NCBI GenBank assembly: GCA_036561005.1
Contig: DATBQE010000239.1
Coordinates: 885-64,884, forward strand
Direction: 5' to 3'
Length of the DNA stretch: 64,000 bases
DNA from: Burkholderiaceae bacterium
Lineage (GTDB): Bacteria; Pseudomonadota; Gammaproteobacteria; Burkholderiales; Burkholderiaceae_D
Shown: piece by piece, positions 1-7,181 of the stretch
Numbering within the stretch: the stretch's first letter is position 1
Layout: each line of letters begins with the position of its first letter
Program-made: the position numbers and the translations under genes
Notes under the pieces: generated by a model
Seen by the model: only the letters and a program-made list of their open reading frames with translations
What the model was told of the DNA's origin: nothing
Database searches by the model: none

Positions 1-1239
1 TTTGCGGTCGGTCAGCACATACACCGGGCCGTTCCACGCGCCGCGGAAGCCGTCGGCTGCGGCGGGCCAATGCAGGGTCTGGGCGGCGTCCGTGTCGCCG
101 TAGGCGTTCTCCGGCAGGAAGTCGAGCGGGCCGCCGGCAGAGCCGGCGCGCACCAGGCGGCTGCAGGCGGCATCAGGGTTCCAGGGCCGCATTTCATGCC
201 ATACCCAGGACATGTCGCAGGTTTGCGCATCGATGCCGGCCAGCGCCGCTTGCAGCCGCGCCAGCGCAGCCTGCAGCGCTTCCCGCGCTTCGGCATTGGT
301 CACTTTTGCCAGCTCTTCCTTGACGTCTTTGGTTTGCGATTCCAGCTCCGGCCGGGCTTTGGCGGAGTTGGACAGGTAGAGCCGCGCCGAGTGCACGTCG
401 CGCCGCGTGAAAATGCGCGCGCTGATGTCGCCTGAATCGTTGCCGCCGTGGTTGTTGCCCACATCGACGACGACCGCCGCCACGTGCGCCTGGCCGAATT
501 GCTTGAGGACTTGCGCGAGTTCCGCATACCAGGCATTTTGCACGGCATCGGTCACGGTGGCGCTGTTGCGCTCCTTGCCGGCCGCACCCAGCGCCGACCA
601 GACTTTGATGCAACCGGCGGCGTAGTCTTGCGGGTTGAACGATTGCAGGCGGATCAGCCCCAGCTTTGTCCCCTGCGCCGTGTCGATCACGCCGGTGCGC
701 AAGACCGTGGCCAGGCCGTCGGACTCCATGCGAAAACCCTGCAGGCTCGGCAGCGGCAGGGAAAAATCCAGTGCGCCGTTGGTATAGCCGAGCGCCGCGC
801 AGGCGGTGGGGCCGTCGGCATGGCTCAAGTCGGCCTCCGGCGGGTCTTCGATGGCGGCCGCATTCTTTTGCGGAGCCGGATCCGGGTAGATGCTGAAATG
901 CCCGTCGGGGAACGCCGCCTTGAAGCGGCGGATGGCTTCGCGCGCCTCGTCGTCGCTATGCGCCGCTTTCAGCACGGCCTGCGTGCGCCGGTCCAGCGCG
1001 GGCAGGTCCAGCTTCAGCTCGGTCGAGGCAAACCATGCGAGGTTCGCATAGTTGCGCTCCATGGCTTTTTTCAGGGCGGCGTAGTCGTCTTGCCACGCCG
1101 GGCGTTTGAAGGCCGCCTGGGCCGTGGCAGCGTGCGCTTGTTGCGCATGCAGGGCGGGCCAGGCAAGCCCCGTCAGCATGCCGGCCGCGAGTGCCAGGCG
1201 CCGCAGGCGCAAGCCGGATTTCGATTGGTGTTCATTCAT
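1..1239 (-). CDS. secreted S41-family peptidase-like protein (partial; 3' end lies beyond window start)
   Basis: Not in the ORF track because the frame leaves the window. My reverse-strand translation from ATG (plus-strand CAT 1237-1239) gives MNEHQSKSGLRLRRLALAAGMLTGLAWPALHA (signal-peptide-like). It continues in frame to position 1 and includes VVVDVGNNHGGNDSG, which resembles the DLRxNxGG loop of S41 peptidases. ORF 448..1392(+) is its antisense shadow. Confidence 0.5.
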   Translation of the reverse strand, partial: MNEHQSKSGLRLRRLALAAGMLTGLAWPALHAQQAHAATAQAAFKRPAWQDDYAALKKAMERNYANLAWFASTELKLDLPALDRRTQAVLKAAHSDDEAREAIRRFKAAFPDGHFSIYPDPAPQKNAAAIEDPPEADLSHADGPTACAALGYTNGALDFSLPLPSLQGFRMESDGLATVLRTGVIDTAQGTKLGLIRLQSFNPQDYAAGCIKVWSALGAAGKERNSATVTDAVQNAWYAELAQVLKQFGQAHVAAVVVDVGNNHGGNDSGDISARIFTRRDVHSARLYLSNSAKARPELESQTKDVKEELAKVTNAEAREALQAALARLQAALAGIDAQTCDMSWVWHEMRPWNPDAACSRLVRAGSAGGPLDFLPENAYGDTDAAQTLHWPAAADGFRGAWNGPVYVLTDRK

Positions 1240-1446
1240 ATGCGTGCATTTCCGATGAGATTGGGTATATGGCCGCGCCGCATCCGTGCCGGTCGTTACC
1301 GTTCCTGCGGCGCCATAGGGAAATTACCGCACGGCGTACCCGTCCGTCTTGTACGAAATGTTGTCTTTGTATTTTTTTCGGCGGTACCGTGAACGCGCTG
1401 CGCATGACACCCTGCTTGCGCCGGGCGCGGCGCCTTTGCCGCACGA

Positions 1447-2241
1447 TTAATTTTCCGTGCGAAAGCGCGCCGGTGTCATGCCGACGACGCGCTTGAATGC
1501 GCGGCTGAAGTGGGCCTGGTCGTGGAAGCCGCATTCGATGGCAATGTCGGCGATGGGCTGGCGCGTTTTGGCAAGCAGTGCAGCGGCACGCCGGAGGCGG
1601 ATTTCACGCGCATGCGCGGCGATCGATGTGCGGTAGGTCTGCCGATAGGCCTGGGCCAGTTCGGCCGGGTGCCGTGACAGCGCGCGCGCCATCTCGTCGA
1701 GCGTGAAATGCTCGGTCGCACTTTCGACGAATTCGCGCGCCTGAACAAGCCATGGCGCAATCACCGGCGAGCTGTCGCGCAGTGCGCGGCCAAAGCCGGC
1801 AAAACACTCCAGCACCAGGCCATCGAGGGCGATGCGCGAGAACGCGTCGTCATGCCTGCATTCGTCGACAAAGCGCTGTGCGAGGCCGGACAGCGCCGCG
1901 CTTTGCACGCACGGCGCCTCGTTCAAGCGCGTGCGGTCGGCGAGAAATTCGAGCGCCTGCGGCGTCGGCCGAATCGTCAGCTTGCGTGCGCCACTGCGCG
2001 AAATGCGCTGCGAATGCTCCTCATGCGGCGGGCAATAGAGCGCATGCCCGGCCGTGTGCAAGCCGGCACGCCCGCGCGTCTTTTCTTCATATTCGCCGCC
2101 CACGACCAGACAGATCAACGGCACGTCGTGATGGTGCGCCGCCATCGAATGCAAGGGCGTCCACTGCGAAATCGTGGCGCTATCCGCCCAGGAAGAACCC
2201 GACATTTCCAACGCGCGAAGCACGATCTTCCCCGATTGCAT
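1447..2241 (-). CDS. AraC-family transcriptional regulator
   Basis: 264-aa ORF. The C-terminus IADIAIECGFHDQAHFSRAFKRVVGMTPARFR is the classic AraC/XylS second HTH. The N-terminal half is cupin-like. Confidence 0.85.
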   Translation of the reverse strand: MQSGKIVLRALEMSGSSWADSATISQWTPLHSMAAHHHDVPLICLVVGGEYEEKTRGRAGLHTAGHALYCPPHEEHSQRISRSGARKLTIRPTPQALEFLADRTRLNEAPCVQSAALSGLAQRFVDECRHDDAFSRIALDGLVLECFAGFGRALRDSSPVIAPWLVQAREFVESATEHFTLDEMARALSRHPAELAQAYRQTYRTSIAAHAREIRLRRAAALLAKTRQPIADIAIECGFHDQAHFSRAFKRVVGMTPARFRTEN

Positions 2242-2413
2242 TGCTTGATCTCCTGTATGTGCCCGTTGCCCGCAGACTGGTGCCTTTATTGCCGGGGCAC
2301 AATGCGGTTGCGCAACCGATGAACAGGCACGCTATCTGCATGTGCATGGAATGCTGCCAGCAAATGCGGGTTTAGGCAAGCCCAGTGCCGCGCAAAGTCG
2401 ATTGTTCAAAATG

Positions 2414-2890
2414 CTATCGAAATTTCTCCGCTTCGGTTCGCATGATCCGATCTTCGCGAACGATCAATTTATCGGCATGGGCGAGCAAACGATCTATCTT
2501 TGCATCTTTCGCGCATTCTGGCGTGATCGTCGCCTTTTCAATTGGTTTCCCTCGCAGGCACTGGAGCAGGGCAAGCACGTCGTTCAATTTGGCCGCCTGG
2601 ATGTCGCTAAATTCATCCGACATCACGAGGGCTCTAACGATCTTCATTTTCGTTTGCTCCGAATAGCCGTCGGCCAAACCTCGCGCATCGAGCTCGGGAA
2701 TCATGCCGTTTTCCGACATGCGCCTTAATGCCTTGATCTTTTCCCAAACCAACATGGGTTGCGTTAATGCCGGCTCGGCAGGCGAGGCGCCGCCATCCGT
2801 TTCCGACGCAATCGTCGTGCCCGATGCCAGACCGGCCATCAGAAGCGAAAATAAAATCAGGCGCTTTCGTATCATGGTTGCAATGTGCAT
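2414..2890 (-). CDS. hypothetical secreted protein
   Basis: 158-aa ORF with an N-terminal signal-like segment MIRKRLILFSLLMAGLASGTTIASE. I recognise no family. Lower GC than the flanking core genes. Confidence 0.45.
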   Translation of the reverse strand: MHIATMIRKRLILFSLLMAGLASGTTIASETDGGASPAEPALTQPMLVWEKIKALRRMSENGMIPELDARGLADGYSEQTKMKIVRALVMSDEFSDIQAAKLNDVLALLQCLRGKPIEKATITPECAKDAKIDRLLAHADKLIVREDRIMRTEAEKFR

Positions 2891-3203
2891 TTTCCGGGTT
2901 TCGCTATCTAATCAATTTGCCGTGTTCCACATGATCTGCCCGAGGCTTGCCAAGCGCGAGTGCTTTTGGAATCGGCGCCAGGGAGCATGGGTGGTCGCGC
3001 TCTTCTCGCTCACCCAGCCCGTCGGCGTTCGCCGCTTTATGGCAATGCGGCATGGAAGGAAATCTGTGTAGCAATGGCACCATAACATTCCATACGGCAT
3101 CGGGCAACCGGATGCGCCGCAGCTTGGCTAAGTGTGTTGCCGAACAGAACGCGTGCCAATACCGCCACATAATGATCGTTCACAATCACAACGGAGAACG
3201 GCC

Positions 3204-3611
3204 ATGATCACAAACAATCCTCTCAAGCTCAGCTTGACCATTGCCGCTTTCGCAGTGCTGGGCGCCTTGTCGGCGACAGCCACCGCGCAAAGCAACGAAT
3301 ATCGCCAGGGCTACGACCAAGGCTACCGTGACCACGCGGAAGGACAAGGCCAGCCGAATCATGAAGGACGGATCATTATTGAAGAAGCACACTACGGCTC
3401 GCGCGAAGGCGGTTTCTGCGATCCACGCGAATCGATCCAGCGTGCAATCGGCTGGCGCCGCCACGCCGACATCCGTGCAGACAATCAATTGTGCGGCGAC
3501 CCGGCACCCAACCACGTCAAGCACCTGGAAGTGCGCTACCGCTGCGGCAACAGCCAGACGGCGCGCGCCGAGACACCGGAAAATACAGTATTGGCGCTGA
3601 GTTGCCAATAA
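3204..3611 (+). CDS. hypothetical secreted cysteine-containing protein
   Basis: Internal ATG (Met25 of track ORF 3132..3611) preceded by GGAGA. Signal peptide MITNNPLKLSLTIAAFAVLGALSATATAQS. The mature part carries 4 Cys. Confidence 0.5.
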   Translation: MITNNPLKLSLTIAAFAVLGALSATATAQSNEYRQGYDQGYRDHAEGQGQPNHEGRIIIEEAHYGSREGGFCDPRESIQRAIGWRRHADIRADNQLCGDPAPNHVKHLEVRYRCGNSQTARAETPENTVLALSCQ

Positions 3612-3702
3612 TGACGTCCATCTCATCACACCTGCGCCGCGCGCGGGTGTGATGGTAACGTGAACAATAGTCACGTCGTGTGGATTGTGTGATCGCGCGC
3701 AA

Positions 3703-4308
3703 CTAAGACCGTTTTTTGGGCGCTGTCGCAGCCTGCATGACGATTATTAGTGTTCGATGATAGCGCGCATTATCTATCGCTCGAACGCCCGTTGCTGAAC
3801 TTTGACGGGCGGTTGGGGGATTGTTTGGCGCGCGATCGGATGGCATGTATACGCCCCGCCCCTGTTTCGAACAATGGGCCGCGCGGGATGCAAGCGCAGT
3901 AGCGCAAACAATTTTGCCCGGGCGTATGCGGTCAATCGCTATTTGCATGCTGAATATGCGATATAACGTATTTGAAGCCGTTGCGTAAGCAATTGCTGCG
4001 CGTTGCACCTCCTCATGTCCCGGCCTATTGTCGTCCGACGTACCTGAGATATTGCGTTCAATCCGCGCACAAAATTTAATGTCCGCAGCGTCAACGCCGG
4101 GAAACCACTTTCCGTAGCCGTTGACGCTCAAGCAGTGCGGCTGCCCATGCGCCAACGCATTCGCAGCGTCTTGCTCTGGGTGCGCGAGATTGAACTGCAG
4201 GAATTCAAGGTCGGATACGACACCTTCCCGGGCACCGGCAAATTGAGGCGTAAGCGTCATCAGGAGGAAGCCGACCGGGACCAGCCTTGCAATTGAATAT
4301 GTTTTCAT
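3703..4308 (-). CDS. hypothetical secreted protein
   Basis: 201-aa ORF with N-terminal MKTYSIARLVPVGFLLMTLTPQFAGA signal-like sequence. No recognisable family. Confidence 0.45.
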   Translation of the reverse strand: MKTYSIARLVPVGFLLMTLTPQFAGAREGVVSDLEFLQFNLAHPEQDAANALAHGQPHCLSVNGYGKWFPGVDAADIKFCARIERNISGTSDDNRPGHEEVQRAAIAYATASNTLYRIFSMQIAIDRIRPGKIVCATALASRAAHCSKQGRGVYMPSDRAPNNPPTARQSSATGVRAIDNARYHRTLIIVMQAATAPKKRS

Positions 4309-4371
4309 GAAAGTTTTGGCACTGGGTTGGCGATCAATTGCAAGCTACCAGGCGTTCAATCTTAGTTCATC

Positions 4372-4770
4372 CTACGGGTCATATTGCTCGACGCGACCAT
4401 CCGACATAACAAGCGTCCATCTTCCCCGGAACGACCTGCGCATGTAAGGCGTGCTTGAACCGTCTTCATTGATCCGGTCCCAGAGTCTAGCGTTTCGCCG
4501 GATGTAGGTTTCTCGGCACGTTGGACATTGAAAGTAACTATGCCGCGATGCGAAGGCCACCAACGCCCATTGCGTAAATGCAGTACCGCAACCACACGGA
4601 GGATACGCCTGCAACTGACGCGAGGCAAGCCAAAGACAGCACCACATCAACATTGCGCCGATGAATCCGCCAAGGAGCGCGCCATCACCATCGGCAGCCT
4701 TCACACCCAATAGGATGCCGGCGATGGCGGAACAAAATATCGCGAAAAATTCGATTCTCTTTCTGATCAT
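4372..4770 (-). CDS. hypothetical membrane protein with C-terminal CxC...CxxC zinc-ribbon-like motif
   Basis: 132-aa ORF with two hydrophobic helices (FFAIFCSAIAGILLGV and GGFIGAMLMWCCLWLA), followed by PPCGCG...FQCPTCRETY. Confidence 0.45.
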   Translation of the reverse strand: MIRKRIEFFAIFCSAIAGILLGVKAADGDGALLGGFIGAMLMWCCLWLASRQLQAYPPCGCGTAFTQWALVAFASRHSYFQCPTCRETYIRRNARLWDRINEDGSSTPYMRRSFRGRWTLVMSDGRVEQYDP

Positions 4771-4889
4771 ATTTTTTGCGCGTGGACCATGTCAATTCGA
4801 AAGGATATTAGATATTTATTCGGTCAAAAACCATGCGCCATCATTTCCGCCAGACTACCAGAAATATTGCATACAATTGCTTTCTTCGG

Positions 4890-4918
4890 CAAAAGGCAAA
4901 AAGTGGCTGCTTTTCGCC
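4890..4918 (-). terminator. candidate intrinsic terminator after the 4976..5245 gene
   Basis: On the minus strand, GGCGAAAAG-CAGCCA-CTTTTTGCC (9-bp stem with one mismatch; plus coordinates 4895-4918) is followed by TTTTG. Confidence 0.4.
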
Positions 4919-4975
4919 ATTGATAAATAAAACCATCGCTGCTTGTTGCGCGTTTCAATCAACACTCAGCCCGCG

Positions 4976-5245
4976 CTAATGTCCGCCCCCATCATGTCCG
5001 CCACCACCGGCATCATTTGGTTCCTGCGGTACGAAAAAATTGTCGCTGTGGCGCGGCGGCTTGCGTTCGCTCTGCAGAATCAAATGACAACAGAGAGCGC
5101 CGAACAGAGGAACAAACCAAATGATAAGAAGCTGGAGGAGCTGTTGAACCCGCTCGTATTCATCCGCGCGAAAAATAATGACGGATACATAGACCTGGTA
5201 TATGACCAAGACTAGTGCACAGCCAACGTATACGCGTTCATTCAT
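4976..5245 (-). CDS. small two-helix membrane protein (PLDc_N-like WFxPxxG motif)
   Basis: ATG at Met5 of track ORF 4976..5257, preceded by GAGAGG. Contains VGCALVLVIYQVYVSVIIF and LLIIWFVPLFGALCCHLIL, with a Gly/His-rich tail GGGGHDGGGH. Confidence 0.45.
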   Translation of the reverse strand: MNERVYVGCALVLVIYQVYVSVIIFRADEYERVQQLLQLLIIWFVPLFGALCCHLILQSERKPPRHSDNFFVPQEPNDAGGGGHDGGGH

Positions 5246-5639
5246 GATGCCTCTCAAAATTGTTTAATCTGTGCACGATTAAACGCGCGTCTGACCAACC
5301 GCTTTTGCCGGCTGGTGATCGTAGCGTAGAGGGCTACGGCCAGAGCCATGTGCTTGGTTCGTTCGCAGCCTCGTGTGATCGGGCACTAGTAGTAGCAGGG
5401 CCGTCCGCATGCCAAGCCGGTGCTGATGATCGAGAATCGCAGCTTGCCGGAGGAGCGAATTCTGCGGTTGACGCGGAAGAATTGAAGAAAGGGCTTACGG
5501 GATTCACCGGGGCGGTGCTCGTCATCATCGGCAGAGCGATGGCGCTACCTTTGCCTGCTTGACGGAGGGCAGCGCCACTTCGGTTTGGCGCATGGAAGGA
5601 CAGCGTCAGGCTGCCTTGCCGCAAGGATCTGGCAATACC

Positions 5640-6761
5640 TTACGATGCCGTCGTGACCGCCTGCTTTTCATAAGTGAAAAAGGAATCCGGCGTGAGCGGA
5701 TCGAGCCTGTTCAGGCTTAAAAAGTGTTGGTAGCTGTCGGATTCAAGGTAGTCCGCGTAGCGTAATGTTTGCGCGCCGTCTGCAGTCTCCATCCCGGCAA
5801 GGTAGCGGCAAAACGTATCGAGCATCAACAAGCTCGGGTCGATGTCTTCCTTCCACAAAAACTGGCCGGCCTCGTTGATCTCCAAAAAAACGTAGTCGCC
5901 ATTCTTGTTGACGACCAGATCGATGCAGCCGAAAGCCAAATTCAAATTGCGGCACAACTGCAGGCAACGCTCCTCGATCACCTGCGGCAAGATGGTTGCC
6001 CGTAAGGGTGTCTTGCCTAGTATGCCGTCGTAGCGCCAGTCGATGGATTGCCCGTCTTTTTGACTGTCTATCGCTGCCGCCAGAACCTTCCGACCGATGA
6101 CGGTAACGCGCAACTCATAGGCTTTCTCGACCAATTCCTGAAAAATGCCCGGACAGCTGCGTATTGCATCTTCGTGCTGCAAGTCACTTTCAGTAAGCGC
6201 GGCAGTTTTCAGAACCACGGCAGAATCGTCTTCCGTGATCCACCCGCCCGGACGAAACGCCTTGTAGATGATTCTTCCCGAGTGCTTCCTGAAAAACGCG
6301 ATCACTTGATGGTAATCGTTGCCGACCATGGTGTCCGGAATGGTGAAACCTGCCTTCTTCGCTTCGCGTAATTGAACGGTTTTTATGCGGGCGCGACGCG
6401 CCGGGCCGGATGGATTGACGTGGAGCGTATGTTCATGATCAAGAGAGTCGATCGCATTGTCGATGAATTCGTCCGATTCGCGCGCGATGACTTTCAGATC
6501 ACCGGGGTGACTGCATGGCATGGCAAGCGGTGTTCCTCGTCGCCTGTGCCATATCACATCAAAAGGCCCCGCGATGTCGCTGCCGCCGATATTGAGGCTC
6601 ATCGATGGCCCGTCTTCCATGCCCAAATGCAGGCACCCGCTGTCGCGGATGGGGAAGTCGGATGTATCCCATATGGTTGCGGCACAATCGAGCTGGCGCA
6701 ATCCCCACATCACCGCCGCGGCGTGTGCGTCGTCTTTTTTCGATACCAATAATATTTTCAT
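5640..6761 (-). CDS. ATP-grasp ligase of the ribosomal-peptide maturase type (MdnB/MdnC, MvdC/MvdD-like)
   Basis: 373-aa ORF. It begins MKILLVS like the microviridin ligases. It has KTVQLREAKKAGFTIPDT, ELRVTVIGRKVLAAAID, IDWRY and GCIDLVVNKNGDYVFLEINEAGQFLW, which match my memory of the MdnC/MvdD C-terminal ATP-grasp motifs (..yGaiDfi.t.dGeyvFLEvNp.GeW.w). It lies 88 nt downstream of a precursor-like sORF. Confidence 0.75.
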   Translation of the reverse strand: MKILLVSKKDDAHAAAVMWGLRQLDCAATIWDTSDFPIRDSGCLHLGMEDGPSMSLNIGGSDIAGPFDVIWHRRRGTPLAMPCSHPGDLKVIARESDEFIDNAIDSLDHEHTLHVNPSGPARRARIKTVQLREAKKAGFTIPDTMVGNDYHQVIAFFRKHSGRIIYKAFRPGGWITEDDSAVVLKTAALTESDLQHEDAIRSCPGIFQELVEKAYELRVTVIGRKVLAAAIDSQKDGQSIDWRYDGILGKTPLRATILPQVIEERCLQLCRNLNLAFGCIDLVVNKNGDYVFLEINEAGQFLWKEDIDPSLLMLDTFCRYLAGMETADGAQTLRYADYLESDSYQHFLSLNRLDPLTPDSFFTYEKQAVTTAS

Positions 6762-6791
6762 CTGGCCGGACGGTCGAAATTGATTGTCGAT

Positions 6792-6827
6792 CGGAACCTG
6801 CCGCCCATGAGAGGACGGACAGGTTCG
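6792..6827 (-). promoter_or_regulatory. intercistronic stem-loop between precursor sORF and ATP-grasp gene
   Basis: GAACCTG (6794-6800) pairs with CAGGTTC (6820-6826), and CCG pairs with CGG next to it with one bulge. The loop is 12 nt. There is no U-tract, so it looks like an mRNA stabiliser/attenuator rather than a full terminator. Confidence 0.35.
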
Positions 6828-6849
6828 AGGCTAACTAACTACGCCGAAT

Positions 6850-7020
6850 TTATTGCGACTCATCCATTGTGGTGGATTTCCACTTGCCGGTAGTTTTGTC
6901 GTAAGTGCCGACAACCGTTTGAATGCCGCCGGCAACCATGGATGCCTCTTCGGCGCTGATTTCGCGACCGACTGTACGACCCAAAATGCGCGTTGTTTCT
7001 TCAGTTTGCTTAGTTTGCAT
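6850..7020 (-). CDS. 56-aa RiPP precursor peptide (double-glycine leader + graspetide-like core); absent from ORF track
   Basis: My translation of the minus strand is MQTKQTEETTRILGRTVGREISAEEASMVAGG/IQTVVGTYDKTTGKWKSTTMDESQ*. GGAG sits 6 nt upstream of the ATG (plus CAT 7018-7020). The stop is TAA (plus TTA 6850-6852). The leader fits the double-glycine consensus (hydrophobic at -4 and -12, Glu at -8, GG at -2/-1). The gene sits between a C39 ABC exporter and an ATP-grasp ligase. Confidence 0.65.
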   Translation of the reverse strand: MQTKQTEETTRILGRTVGREISAEEASMVAGGIQTVVGTYDKTTGKWKSTTMDESQ

Positions 7021-7181
7021 TGACTACTCCGTTACGAAAATTGGCCGTAATGTTCCACGCTCGCCCGACCGGCCAAAAAAATCGGACAAGCAACAACTCT
7101 GTAAAATCTCCGGGCGCGCGAAACGCGGGCCGGGGAATTGAGCAGCCGAACTATGCACTGCTCTCCATCGGGCAAGCTTCA

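Noticed and set aside
448-1392. 314-aa plus-strand ORF
   Set aside because: It is Arg/Ala/Gly/His-rich with no recognisable motifs. It lies exactly antisense to a reading frame that encodes a signal peptide and S41-peptidase-like motifs. This is a typical high-GC shadow ORF.
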